A stretch of 64,000 nucleotides of DNA from a virus (IMGVR_UViG_3300032123_000052:128001-192000), one strand, 5' to 3'; counted from the stretch's first letter, positions 1-10,314 are shown. Numbers and translations: made by a program. The notes: generated by a model from the letters alone, not told the origin.

Positions 1-200
1 GGATCTGTTCTTTTCGAACAAGTGTTCGATATCATTCTTATTCAAAAAATACCCTAATGGTAAATTCATTATTATATGGGCAAATTTTTCCCGAGTTGTA
101 TTATGATAATATCTCTGCAAAAATTCATATAGGAATTCTTTGAATTTCGATTCCACCAGAGGATCGAAATTTTTCATTAACTCATTAACCTGCTGTGACA

Positions 201-590
201 TTATTTTTCCTTATTCTTTTTGTACAAAATAATAGGAATTCGGGTTTTACACGTTGGACATGTAATAGAGGCGTTCTCGTTGTCATACAGCGCAAGCCAT
301 ACATTTTTACAGCGATGACAACGAACATGTTTGGTAAGATATCCAGCTCTGGTGTATTTTTGTAAACGGATTTCTTTCTTAATCGCTTCAAGAATATTGT
401 GTGCCATAAGATCGTCACAACGACGTTCTTTCGTACGCTTTTCCTCGTACGCTTCTACCATCGCAATCATTAAACTCAAGTCTTGATCGTTTTCAAAAAA
501 TACAAACATAAGTATCCCTAACACTTTAGTTATTACAATAAATTTACAAATATCACACAGATAAAAAAAAGGTAGTGAGATTTCTCCCAC
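201..590 (-). CDS. Zn-ribbon-containing hypothetical protein
   Basis: ORF track; CxxC pairs (CDIC, CHRC, CPTC); matches the local minus-strand orientation. Confidence 0.6.
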   Translation of the reverse strand: MGEISLPFFYLCDICKFIVITKVLGILMFVFFENDQDLSLMIAMVEAYEEKRTKERRCDDLMAHNILEAIKKEIRLQKYTRAGYLTKHVRCHRCKNVWLALYDNENASITCPTCKTRIPIILYKKNKEK

Positions 591-625
591 TACCTATAAT
601 ATACTATAAAATGTCATATTTGACA

Positions 626-1222
626 CTAAGTCTTGCTTTCTGGTCCGGGCTCACCTTCTTGCATTTCTGGCCCACCTTCTTGCATTTCTGGATCACCTTC
701 TGGCACTCCTCCCCCGAGCCCATTTATTAGCGACTCCTCTTTTGGAAACGCACCTTTCTCAGGTTTTGTATTCGTATCATCAGGAACTTTATTTTCTTTG
801 TCCGGCGTTACGATAGACAAAGGCTGTTGATCTGATGGTGTTGGTTGTTGAGATGAAGTTTTTACATCTCTGTTTTCAACAGGATGGTTATGTTTTCCCG
901 GAGTTACATTTCCTTGTGGGGGTACTGTCGGCATTGGTGGTTGGTACCCGCCTTGTGGAACCTGCGGCGGTGGATAGTCCTGTGGCAACACAGGTTGCTG
1001 AGGCAGTGTTGATTGTTGTGGCATATGCTGCCGTGGCGCCTGTTGCCCCTGTTGTGAATCAGGTAAAATAGTTACCTTGAATGCATCTTGCCCTTGGCCT
1101 GCCGCATACTCGAATCCAGGGACATACAAACGGACCGATTCCGTGTTGTAGCCCAGTGGGTGAACAAATAATGATCCCCATCTGGCAATTAGATTATCGT
1201 TGATATCAATAACAACCCTCAC
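626..1222 (-). CDS. Pro/Gln-rich low-complexity hypothetical protein
   Basis: ORF track with GGAGG RBS upstream; PQ-rich middle; short internal duplication EMQEGGPEMQEGEP. Confidence 0.7.
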   Translation of the reverse strand: MRVVIDINDNLIARWGSLFVHPLGYNTESVRLYVPGFEYAAGQGQDAFKVTILPDSQQGQQAPRQHMPQQSTLPQQPVLPQDYPPPQVPQGGYQPPMPTVPPQGNVTPGKHNHPVENRDVKTSSQQPTPSDQQPLSIVTPDKENKVPDDTNTKPEKGAFPKEESLINGLGGGVPEGDPEMQEGGPEMQEGEPGPESKT

Positions 1223-1299
1223 TAACCCTCCTTTTTTTTGTTAAAATTAATCTACAAGAAAAAATACATTAACTATACGCAAATCGCATCATGTTTTTT

Positions 1300-1335
1300 A
1301 AAAAAAAGGGGTAGTCGGTATTATCCGACACCCCT
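1300..1335 (-). terminator. Intrinsic terminator after the ligase gene
   Basis: Minus strand AGGGG-TGTCGG...CCGACTA-CCCCT followed by T8; overlaps the ligase stop codon. Confidence 0.7.
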
Positions 1336-3003
1336 ATCCAAATGCCATTCAACCAGCTTGGCTGATCTTCCCTCATGCCCTCTTTTAGAACGTATTTTCG
1401 CAACCATCCCAATCAGATTGTCCCCGGCCCGCATAAACTCTACGCACTCGTTCTCCTTTCCGATCTGGCCAGGTCCGAGCTTGAACTGTTTACCAGAATC
1501 AAGAGATCTGAACCAGATTACCCCTGCAACTTTCCCTTTAGGCCCCCATTTCAAATTGACCGATTCAACCTGCCAATCATAAGCCTCGGCTCTGGTAGTG
1601 TGTTTTCGGCCTTCGTTAATACCCTTCCCCATAGGTACACCAACAAACCCTTCAACCATATTTATGATATGCTTGAATTCAGACGCCGGAACTATTTCAG
1701 GTGGCCTAACAAAATCGCTCAGTTTAGAGAACGCCTCTTGTAATTTACGGTTATCAAAAAACTGTAGATTAGACACATCATTACTGTTCCATTTATCCAT
1801 ACGATAAACAACAAATAGGGGTAATATATCAAGAGGTCTTATCTTATCCGAATTAAGAATACCACCTGTTTCAGCGGCTGTGAGGGTTAATGGTTTGAAT
1901 GGTCTGAATATATTGAACCTTCTGTAGAATACCAATTCACCCATGCCACGAGCACTATCTTCACGCTTTATTCTATAGAGCTCTGGCAGTTTTCCGGTAT
2001 ATTGAATCCTATCACCAGTTTCGATACTTACTCTCGGAGACCAAAAAGTAGTCTCTTTGGAACCTGAACTAAAATGAACACCAGCACCATCATACTTCAA
2101 GGTCACAGTACCAGAATCAACATGGTTCAAAAAAGATTTAAGGTCTTTATCAGATTTAAGATTAAGCCGTTCGCCAAAAGACGGAGACGGCTTCTTTATC
2201 ACACCCCATGTTACTATAGGGGCTTTTTTATTATCTCCGTGGTATAGTTTGTGCAAATAGAGTAACCTATGTTTATTAAGTGTCGGGCAATACATCTTAA
2301 TTGTCTTACCATCACCATTATCAACAGACATTATCTCTACAGGCTTGTTAACTACAGTCTGCCTGGTTAACCCTGAGCCGTAGCCTTTGATTCCAGCTTC
2401 GCCAACATTCCATGATGTTTCAGCGTTCCTTATCGAATGATCAGCATTCTGTGCCATTCTGGAATTGTTCATCACCTCTTCTCGGAGAAAATTCATAATA
2501 GCCATCTTACTTTTTTCGGTAAGCTCGCCACTCTTGTTGAACTTTATATCGTTCATAATTGATTTTCCCCCGATGTTGATGATCAAGCTCAGATGGCCGA
2601 TATGGATATCCAAATGAGGATTGGTCGCATGATGAAACACAACCCTCATCCGTTTTACCACCCGCCTGTTTTGATCAATCTCTCCATCTATCCAGGTTTT
2701 ACTACTCCTGCCATTAATGTTGATAATTGGACGGCGGGTAACCTCCGTCTTTTTACAGACACGCTCTATACCTTTACCAATATTGCCAAACACAACACCC
2801 TTAATAAGACCCTTTGAAAATATTCCAACTACATCATTAATCGATTTTGCTTTATGGTATTTCTTGACAATGGATACGGCTTTAACCACCAACAGTATCC
2901 GCTTTATTTTGCATACTTTAAAAACTTTAGGCCAAGCCGGGCTTATTTCTTGATAAAGGCCCTTTCCCCTAACCAGCCCTTTCGCCAGTAGCCTCATGCT
3001 CAC
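1321..3003 (-). CDS. lig: ATP-dependent DNA ligase with N-terminal LigD-type 3'-phosphoesterase domain
   Basis: Motif I KYDG, GEL and EGFV motifs, C-terminal OB-fold-like segment (YDWQV...KLGPG). N-terminal FHHATNPHLD (H-x5-H-x-D), RMAQNADH and GYGSG match LigD PE-domain motifs. Confidence 0.8.
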   Translation of the reverse strand: MSMRLLAKGLVRGKGLYQEISPAWPKVFKVCKIKRILLVVKAVSIVKKYHKAKSINDVVGIFSKGLIKGVVFGNIGKGIERVCKKTEVTRRPIININGRSSKTWIDGEIDQNRRVVKRMRVVFHHATNPHLDIHIGHLSLIINIGGKSIMNDIKFNKSGELTEKSKMAIMNFLREEVMNNSRMAQNADHSIRNAETSWNVGEAGIKGYGSGLTRQTVVNKPVEIMSVDNGDGKTIKMYCPTLNKHRLLYLHKLYHGDNKKAPIVTWGVIKKPSPSFGERLNLKSDKDLKSFLNHVDSGTVTLKYDGAGVHFSSGSKETTFWSPRVSIETGDRIQYTGKLPELYRIKREDSARGMGELVFYRRFNIFRPFKPLTLTAAETGGILNSDKIRPLDILPLFVVYRMDKWNSNDVSNLQFFDNRKLQEAFSKLSDFVRPPEIVPASEFKHIINMVEGFVGVPMGKGINEGRKHTTRAEAYDWQVESVNLKWGPKGKVAGVIWFRSLDSGKQFKLGPGQIGKENECVEFMRAGDNLIGMVAKIRSKRGHEGRSAKLVEWHLDRGVG

Positions 3004-3415
3004 CCTCCTTTATTTTATTTTCGAGTAGTGTGACTAGCAATAGGATTATCAAGACAGATATTACCGGAATAACCATTGGGGCCTCTATAAATGCGGGTAT
3101 CCATATAAAGTTAGGCAATTCCCCTATGAGGAATATGAGACCTATTGTGGCAAGCGACAATATTACAGCCGCCTCCCAATTATCAATAATATCTTTCCAG
3201 ATATCCTTCGCTTCCTTCATTATAACTTTGGCCAGCTCATCTGCCTGTTTCTTTATGTTATCCCAATTTGCTTTACGGCCATCTTCTGTTTTCATATTCT
3301 TTGAGAAATTATACACAAAAGTTGAGACGTTTATTGTAATATTAATTGTCTGGTTAATTGCCTCTGCGACCAATTCAGTGGCGGTTTCACACTTTTCTTT
3401 GAAATTAAATTTCAT
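2969..3415 (-). CDS. Membrane protein with two hydrophobic segments
   Basis: ORF track; two hydrophobic stretches near the C-terminus; AGGAG RBS. Confidence 0.65.
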   Translation of the reverse strand: MKFNFKEKCETATELVAEAINQTINITINVSTFVYNFSKNMKTEDGRKANWDNIKKQADELAKVIMKEAKDIWKDIIDNWEAAVILSLATIGLIFLIGELPNFIWIPAFIEAPMVIPVISVLIILLLVTLLENKIKEGEHEATGERAG

Positions 3416-3455
3416 TCTATTCTCCTTTTCGTAAATGATTATTATCCTCTTAATA

Positions 3456-3483
3456 GTTATACCAAATTTAGGCTATTAATAAC
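3456..3483 (-). promoter_or_regulatory. Bipartite promoter motif GTTATT-N13-TGGTATAAC
   Basis: One of about 10 copies with identical 13-nt spacing in intergenic regions upstream of minus-strand genes. Confidence 0.7.
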
Positions 3484-3484
3484 T

Positions 3485-3510
3485 AAAAAAAAGGCAGAGA
3501 AAACTCTGCC
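3485..3510 (-). terminator. Intrinsic terminator
   Basis: GGCAGAG-TTTT-CTCTGCC followed by T8 on the minus strand. Confidence 0.8.
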
Positions 3511-3738
3511 TTAAATCGAATTGAACAGACCAAACCATTCGAAAAAACCCATTATCTTCTTATGTTTTGTTATGATCAATTTGTAACCTTTCTTCTGACA
3601 CTTCCAGCATGGGAGGAAGATACCATAGTTAGTTTGATACACAGCATGTTTCTTACCGCAAACCGCACATGGCATATTATGATGAACAACAAGGCCGTCA
3701 CTATCAATCTCGATGACAGCCAAAGGTTTTAAACCCAT
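3511..3738 (-). CDS. Small Zn-finger protein
   Basis: CAVC...CWKC; GGAGG RBS. Confidence 0.65.
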   Translation of the reverse strand: MGLKPLAVIEIDSDGLVVHHNMPCAVCGKKHAVYQTNYGIFLPCWKCQKKGYKLIITKHKKIMGFFEWFGLFNSI

Positions 3739-4003
3739 GTGTCACCTCCTGAAATAAAAAAAGGCAGTACAGACTCGCGTCAAAGGTATTTTAATGGGAG
3801 ACAAAATAATACCTTCTCAGCTAGTCCATACCGCTCGTACAGAACACGTCAGACCTAACGGATCTCACCCCACCCACCTTCGTACTGTGCTATGTTGAAT
3901 AGTTCCATTCCACTCTATCCAACGCAAGAAGTTGCGCAGCACCCGATTAAGCAGCCCATGAGAGTGTAGCACACACTCGTAGGGGTGTGTTCCTTTTATA
4001 AAT

Positions 4004-4077
4004 TAGCAGCGGACGGATTCGAACCATCGACCTCAAGCTTATGGGGCTCGCAAGCCCCTTGAATGGTTTCCGCAACC
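4004..4077 (-). tRNA. Degenerate tRNA-Met(CAU)-like gene, possibly a pseudo-tRNA
   Basis: The 3' half is clean: CGAGC-CCCATAA-GCTTG anticodon arm, AGGTC variable loop, GATGG-TTCGAAT-CCGTC T arm. The acceptor and D stems each carry a mismatch; C33 replaces U33; no CCA encoded. Confidence 0.5.
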
Positions 4078-4175
4078 TTTATTACAGATATCTTATATGT
4101 TGGCACATATTCTCCTTTTATGTAAAAATAATTATTATCTAACACTATGGATATATCAGAAAAAAAATAATAGCC

Positions 4176-4204
4176 AAAAAAAAGCTGGCGATTAAACGCC
4201 AGCT
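4176..4204 (-). terminator. Intrinsic terminator
   Basis: AGCTGGCG...CGCCAGC followed by T8 on the minus strand. Confidence 0.8.
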
Positions 4205-4602
4205 CTTTGTTTATTGATTTTGCTTCCCCTAGTTTCTTTTATCCCCAGCTTACCATCAAAAGGTTGTTCGTTAATATACTGGCGAACCGGCATGGCAATG
4301 TAGCACCTGTATGGGTACCTGATGGCGCCCACCATAACAACATCTTTGAGAAACGGCATAATACTTTCAATTCTGCATGATTGTATATATTTACACATAT
4401 GGCCAGCGGTATTTTGAAAATTAAAATATTCAGTTGACAATATCTTCTCTTTAAACACGAGACTTGATTGTACAGTAAAACAGTTTTTACTTAATTTGGT
4501 CACATCATCATTTACCGGGATTCCTTCTATTACTTTAATAATTGTAGCTCTGGTCTTTTCTTCGACGTTCTTTAATTTATTAAGAGTCTTTTCCAGATCC
4601 AT
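4192..4602 (-). CDS. Hypothetical protein
   Basis: ORF track; GGAGG RBS. Confidence 0.65.
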   Translation of the reverse strand: MDLEKTLNKLKNVEEKTRATIIKVIEGIPVNDDVTKLSKNCFTVQSSLVFKEKILSTEYFNFQNTAGHMCKYIQSCRIESIMPFLKDVVMVGAIRYPYRCYIAMPVRQYINEQPFDGKLGIKETRGSKINKQRAGV

Positions 4603-4611
4603 GTCGGCCTC

Positions 4612-4962
4612 CTAGCCGACACCTTTATCCCAGGCGCCGGCGGCTTTTACAAATTTGTCGTACTGATCACCAAGTAACGCACGAACCATATGGTCCATAG
4701 CAAAAGCTTTACGCTCGCTTTCTTGGGCAGTACCGTAATCCATCGCTATTTTAAGCGCTTTGATGATTCTTCCGGTAGGTTCACCTATTTGAAAAGGATC
4801 GATGCCAAGTGCGTCAATGCAACCAACATAGCATATACCAGTTCGTGTGCATTTGAGGCAATCGTGCGGCTCCTCATTATTGAAGTGCTTGTTTTCAACC
4901 TTTATATCAGCAGCTTCCTGATGCATTTTAAGCCCGTTTCCTGGACCAGCATTCTCATTCAT
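4612..4962 (-). CDS. Hypothetical protein
   Basis: ORF track; ATGA overlap with the upstream gene. Confidence 0.65.
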   Translation of the reverse strand: MNENAGPGNGLKMHQEAADIKVENKHFNNEEPHDCLKCTRTGICYVGCIDALGIDPFQIGEPTGRIIKALKIAMDYGTAQESERKAFAMDHMVRALLGDQYDKFVKAAGAWDKGVG

Positions 4963-5327
4963 ACTGAAACCTCCACATCAGGTTTTTTCTCCCTTACCAA
5001 CTTATCCCGCATAAGGCGCTCAGTTATCAGCGCTTCAAGAAGAATCAAATAATTTATCGCATCACCGATTTTATCATCAAGCCATTTTTGATTGATGTAA
5101 TCGTAATTATCAGCTTCGATATCACGGATACCATCGAACACTGACAAATTATGCTTCTCGGCCATTCCGTGCAATGCAAATTCCGGTGTTTCATGCTTGC
5201 GCATCCCGATTTCTTTAAAATGATGTAACCGATCCTCGCGCCCATACCCTTTGCCTTTACTGGCAAGAATAGCTAGGCTTTTCTCTATACGCTGTTTTAC
5301 CAGAGCATCAAAAGTGGTATCGTCCAA
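4959..5327 (-). CDS. DUF1599/nucleotide-modification-associated (MazG-like helical) domain protein
   Basis: KGKGYG near the N-terminus and DKIGDAINYLIL near the C-terminus resemble this family (recognised by eye). Confidence 0.5.
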   Translation of the reverse strand: MDDTTFDALVKQRIEKSLAILASKGKGYGREDRLHHFKEIGMRKHETPEFALHGMAEKHNLSVFDGIRDIEADNYDYINQKWLDDKIGDAINYLILLEALITERLMRDKLVREKKPDVEVSV

Positions 5328-5339
5328 ATTATCCTCCTT

Positions 5340-5687
5340 TTATTTTTTTTTGTAATAATCAATAATATCTTTAAGGGATTTCATTCCCTTCTTTGCAACA
5401 AATCCCACAATCTCATCAAAATAATCCATCCCTTTAGGATCATGGTACAACTCGTAATACTTATCACCATCCATGAAGAAATGGTCAGTGCTTGACGACC
5501 TAATAACGAATAGGTGGTGTTTATCAATATATTTACAATAATCCACCCAGTCGATAATAGGGTCGCCTGTATCGAACTTTATTGTCTTTTTTCCAACTTT
5601 CAAGTCGAACGATTTGTATGATGATTGACTTTTATCATCATAATCTACTGATAGGAATCCCTGTTGGTTCATGGCATTCTTTCGCAT
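5340..5687 (-). CDS. Hypothetical protein
   Basis: ORF track; tightly packed in the operon. Confidence 0.6.
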   Translation of the reverse strand: MRKNAMNQQGFLSVDYDDKSQSSYKSFDLKVGKKTIKFDTGDPIIDWVDYCKYIDKHHLFVIRSSSTDHFFMDGDKYYELYHDPKGMDYFDEIVGFVAKKGMKSLKDIIDYYKKK

Positions 5688-6037
5688 TCCGGGATTTGGT
5701 GCACTACACCATCACAGTCAGGGTAAGGACACTTTTTGTGTATGTCTGTATAAAACCCGAGACAATCTCCGAAACATTTTCCACAGGTAAGAACAATAAG
5801 CTCATGAAATTTAAGAGGACGCATTGCATTAAAAGTTTTCTCAATACACTCTCTTTTCTTATCAATGTTACCACCATCACTAATTCGTGGGCCCCCTGTT
5901 CTACATGTGGCACATTGAAGAAAATATTCTATTTGAGCATTATTGTCTATATATTCGCGTTTTAACTCCATCTCCCCACTGCAATATATGCAATAATATT
6001 TAACTTCAGGCAAACTTTCTTCTGCTTTTTCTGTCAT
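5669..6037 (-). CDS. Multi-CxxC Zn-binding protein
   Basis: Four Cys pairs (CIYC, CATC, CGKC, CPYPDC). Confidence 0.65.
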   Translation of the reverse strand: MTEKAEESLPEVKYYCIYCSGEMELKREYIDNNAQIEYFLQCATCRTGGPRISDGGNIDKKRECIEKTFNAMRPLKFHELIVLTCGKCFGDCLGFYTDIHKKCPYPDCDGVVHQIPECERMP

Positions 6038-6047
6038 TTTATTCTCC

Positions 6048-6602
6048 CTATTTTATTCTGAATACAGGCTTTATCCATGGCTCCTGAACGAGCCGATAAA
6101 ATTCTTCTTCAGTCGGTGTTGGCACTACCACGTCGGTTCCTTCCCAACGAAGGTATCCACCTTTCGATTCCATCCCAACCTTCTTAGTCTCCTTGTCAAT
6201 CATACGTTTTGAATACTCAACCGGGCCAGTACGGAACATAACCATCAAGCCATAGTTGTCTCGAGTAACCATGTATAGGTTAATTGTGATATCATGTTCA
6301 GGATGAAGCCTCTGAGTGTATTTGCCTTTCAGCGGATCGCCCTTCATCCTCAACCATGAGTTGACTAACTTTACAAACCCGTCAACACGAACAGGACCAA
6401 AAGTAAAGAGATCTGTATCCATATTAATAGTTTTCGGGATGCAAACAATGTCAATACTCTTTACTTTACTTCGATCACGCCTGAGATCGCCAACAATACA
6501 CAAACCCTTCTCCTCGCAATGGTGATACAAGCTGATGCATATTTCCTGGGCAATCTTTTTTGCCTCTTCTCTCAAAATGTATCCCGGATCAAGCTTCTTC
6601 AT
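6048..6602 (-). CDS. Minimal PolX-family nucleotidyltransferase-like protein, catalytic residues degenerate
   Basis: VGDLRR...KSIDIV...INLY...FRTGP match PolX GSxRR / DxD / TGS motifs. Start placed at MKKLD behind an AAGGAGG RBS. Confidence 0.75.
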   Translation of the reverse strand: MKKLDPGYILREEAKKIAQEICISLYHHCEEKGLCIVGDLRRDRSKVKSIDIVCIPKTINMDTDLFTFGPVRVDGFVKLVNSWLRMKGDPLKGKYTQRLHPEHDITINLYMVTRDNYGLMVMFRTGPVEYSKRMIDKETKKVGMESKGGYLRWEGTDVVVPTPTEEEFYRLVQEPWIKPVFRIK

Positions 6603-6969
6603 TTGAGCCACGCCTCCTTTTGTCTGCTGGCCATTCAAAGTCTTCAGGGGTCATAGGTTCTTCTCTTTCAAAAAAGAATGATAGCGCATACCCATGAGTA
6701 TCGTATCCCATCGCAATCATTATATTCTCTACTTCACCCTGAATATCAGTGTAGAAAAAGAACTCCTCATCATCCCAGGTATGTGCCCTGATACCGCTGT
6801 GTGGGAGCACATAGGTTTTATCAGGGGTATCATCGACAACAGGCAGTTTTTTCTGCTCGAGGAATAGTCCTTCCTTCCCGGCTGTTTCGATAAGCCCCTT
6901 TCTATCTTCTTCGTTTATTGTTTGTTGATATGCCAATATCTCTATTATCTTCAGTAATGTTTGCTTCAT
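6589..6969 (-). CDS. Hypothetical protein
   Basis: ORF track; GGAGG RBS. Confidence 0.65.
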   Translation of the reverse strand: MKQTLLKIIEILAYQQTINEEDRKGLIETAGKEGLFLEQKKLPVVDDTPDKTYVLPHSGIRAHTWDDEEFFFYTDIQGEVENIMIAMGYDTHGYALSFFFEREEPMTPEDFEWPADKRRRGSNEEA

Positions 6970-7000
6970 TATTATCCTCCGTCCAAATTTTGTTTAGCAT

Positions 7001-7567
7001 TTATTTTATAAATTTTTCTATCATCGCCATAGTGACTTCAGGCAAATTCATTCCGGTGTAACGAATTACCTGCGGGTGCTTAAGGCGTTTATTGTAGTCA
7101 TGGGCAGGCATTATGACGAGCCCTCTTGGTCTCCATTTCAACCACCCTTCTATATAATCCTGATAGTCATCAACTAGTATATTGCCGTACACCTGGCTTT
7201 TATTACGGGTGATGGTGATGTCAACATCCTCACCGAGATGTGTGTCTACCCACATCTTTTTTCCCATCCATGACTTTGGATTCCTTTTCGGCCCCTGGGT
7301 TAATACCATTCTCTGGAATCCTATATTTCCAGCAACTGTCCAAATGTCCATACCGAGCTTAAATGTTTTAAGACCAGTCCACCAACTTGCTTTAGAGCGT
7401 ATTAAATCCATTCTCGCCCTCAAATATGTTGGGTGGTTTTTTCTTGACAACACGGTAATAACATCTTCATTTGGCGATCTCAGACCCTCTAAACTTTTGA
7501 GTAGCGCCTGATCATAATCACACAACGTTCCATCAAGATCAAATAGTGCAATATTATCTGATTTCAA
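7001..7567 (-). CDS. HAD-superfamily 5'(3')-deoxyribonucleotidase-like phosphatase
   Basis: Motif I FDLDGTLCD, K in RNKS, motif IV ILVDD. Confidence 0.8.
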   Translation of the reverse strand: MKSDNIALFDLDGTLCDYDQALLKSLEGLRSPNEDVITVLSRKNHPTYLRARMDLIRSKASWWTGLKTFKLGMDIWTVAGNIGFQRMVLTQGPKRNPKSWMGKKMWVDTHLGEDVDITITRNKSQVYGNILVDDYQDYIEGWLKWRPRGLVIMPAHDYNKRLKHPQVIRYTGMNLPEVTMAMIEKFIK

Positions 7568-7975
7568 TATTCTTCTCCTTTATATAAAAATAGGGTGGCG
7601 GCCGCCTTGGTAGTATAAAGCCGGAGGATAAATGGCTTAATCGCTACCAGCCACCACCCTTCTGATCAATTCGGCTCACCTTCGAACTCGAGTATCCATA
7701 CTCTCGAGTCACTCATGTTCTCCCTTTCCCGATCAACACGTTGCCACTCTTTGAAAATAGCGGGTTCGCCATCGTCTTCAAGAAGAAATGATGATTCTAA
7801 TCCCTCCTGCAGCATCAAACAGAAAAAAGGAATTTGGCCTTTATGTTTCAATAACCATTCGTAAATAACCAGCGCGTCAACACATATCGCCTCTTTCGTG
7901 GGTTGAGGCGATTTGGCTTTTTTAGCACGTTTTGGGATCGAAAATTTTATTACTTCTTCAATTACGTCCATTAAT

Positions 7976-8401
7976 TTAGGCATTTGGTAATCCTCCGACA
8001 ACAACAGGTTGTATTGTAAAAGACCCATCTTTCGAACAGGTCTCGGTAAACTCATTCAATATTTTATTAAATTCATGTGCCGCAGTAAGGATAGATATAA
8101 CGTTCTGTGCAGGTTCACTCATAATCATATCAGCCTTAAAGATGTCGATAGCGCATTTTAACATCTCTTTCTTTGCATATTTCTGATCATAATCATGGTC
8201 AGCAACCCTAAGAATCCACGGATATGTATACACCATCTTGAGAATGTGCATAAGTGCTGGATCTGGTTTGCTTTTCTTCATTTCTTTTTTAATTGTGCCC
8301 TGGTCGAGATCGAGAGCGCGCTCAACACTCGATTCGTTATGTCCAAGCTCACGTTCTATTGCCGCCCACAGTGTTTTCAGCTTTTTATATCTCATAATCA
8401 T
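7976..8401 (-). CDS. Hypothetical protein with possible N-terminal HTH
   Basis: ORF track; N-terminal helix pattern resembles an XRE-type HTH (weak). Confidence 0.5.
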   Translation of the reverse strand: MIMRYKKLKTLWAAIERELGHNESSVERALDLDQGTIKKEMKKSKPDPALMHILKMVYTYPWILRVADHDYDQKYAKKEMLKCAIDIFKADMIMSEPAQNVISILTAAHEFNKILNEFTETCSKDGSFTIQPVVVGGLPNA

Positions 8402-9779
8402 TCTCCTGCATAATGTTTATTATACGTTCGACAAATCTATCTCAAGGACATCACTGTCTACCAGACCCCTGATGCGCTCAAGCATACTGGCGAAATATGC
8501 AAGTTGCTCCACATCATCTTCATTTTCCGGACATAAATAATTTTCGTCTGTGTATATATCCAGTTCCATAAATTCCTTTTTAGTAAGGATAAAATACTGA
8601 TCATCTTCAGGAAGTTCGCCTTCATCATCCAGAAAACTATACAGCGTTTCAAGCTCCTCAGGGCTGAATTCAGGGTTCCACCTATCAATTCTTATTGCCA
8701 TGTTTCTTACTCCTTTTTGTTTAAGGTAATCAAACTTTGAATGCAAATCTGGTTTCGTCCCATTCATGGATGTTGCAGAAAACATCCTCAACGGGTTTAG
8801 GCTTATTATCACACTTCGCTGAAATATACAAATCTGCACCCTCCATACAATCAACGATTATAAGAAAATTGGAATTGTTCTTCCTAACTGCATTGGTAAC
8901 AGTTTCCATATTGAATGTACCTTCTATACAATAGAACACGCTATCCCCCTTGGTCGATTATTTGACCTAAACTCACTCGTTATCTTCCCTGTCTTCATCT
9001 TCAATTTCGTACCCACATTCCGGACACTGAGTTTCGTTTATCGATATGTCCATATTACATCCCGGACATTCGATGGTATCTTCAGCAGGCATGGTTTGCG
9101 CCCCTTTCTCTTACGAGTAGATATATCGCTCGATATGGGCACTCCCGAACAGGCTCCAGCCTCAGGTTGCCACCACACATAATGTATTGGCCATCGCAGA
9201 AATCTAATGGAAATATCGCAGAATTGGTGCAGGTGGCTGGGTCTGCCAGCTCACATATCTGAACAACATCGTTCTTTTTCTTTGGTTTAGTATGTTTTTT
9301 CGGCATTAAATTATGCCCCTTATCTTCAGCAGGCATACCTTGCCTCCTTTTCTATTTTGAGACGATATATAGACCGATATTGACACAGCTTAACATTATC
9401 ATTATCCTCGGGCCCAATACGTATGTAGTGCCATGGACAACTCGCATATCGGAACTATATACCCTTTCGGTTTTGGGTTGATTTTCTTATTAGGCATTAA
9501 ATTGCACTCCTTCCAATTTGATTAGTTTCGAATCTCTGAGAAGATGACGCATGCCTCCCCCATCTTTTGACTCTGCAGTATCATCCCAATTAGCGATAAC
9601 ACCATATACAGAGAATCCTTCGTTTTTGTCGCAATGAGCTTTCGCTTCTTCAAATGTCTGCCACACACCCCCGCCGGGATAATCATTTGTTCTCCCCTGC
9701 TTGATTACCCGGTCCTGTGATAAGAAATACCTTTCGTAATCGAGCGTGAAGCCAATTGTATAAATAATATCATTAGGCA

Positions 9780-10274
9780 TTAATCATCGTTCTCCTCATC
9801 AACTCTTTTCTGTTCTTCGAAATAATGATCAACGATTTTTTTGTTATTGTCAGGGTGACTCTCCCATGCTTGACGAGCTTTAAATTTATCGCCACCTATA
9901 TCAGTATACTTATCCACATAATCAATACCATCAGTATCACCATCGAGAGCCAAAATGTCCATATGGCCATCTGCTGTGATATCTTGGATACGGCCGCCTT
10001 TTACATAGATAAATATTCTCCCAGGGCGCTTACGGGCTTTTTCGAGCTCATTCTCGATATACTCGATGTATTCACTATCTTCAGCACAGTAGCTGCATAT
10101 TTTATTATTATCATTAAAATACCCGATGAACTCATCACCAAATTTACGTTGTGACATGCTTATCTCCTTTTTTTTGCTTTGTTCCTTTTTAATTGGATAA
10201 TAATGACATGATTTCTTCGAATGTTTTACGAAATCCAACCGAGCTGAATTTATATTGCATGGCATTTTCTCCAT
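9780..10274 (-). CDS. Hypothetical protein
   Basis: ORF track; the real start may be internal (MSQRKF). Confidence 0.6.
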   Translation of the reverse strand: MEKMPCNINSARLDFVKHSKKSCHYYPIKKEQSKKKEISMSQRKFGDEFIGYFNDNNKICSYCAEDSEYIEYIENELEKARKRPGRIFIYVKGGRIQDITADGHMDILALDGDTDGIDYVDKYTDIGGDKFKARQAWESHPDNNKKIVDHYFEEQKRVDEENDD

Positions 10275-10314
10275 TTTTCTCTATTTTTCTCAATTTTACA
10301 GTTTAACATGCTCA

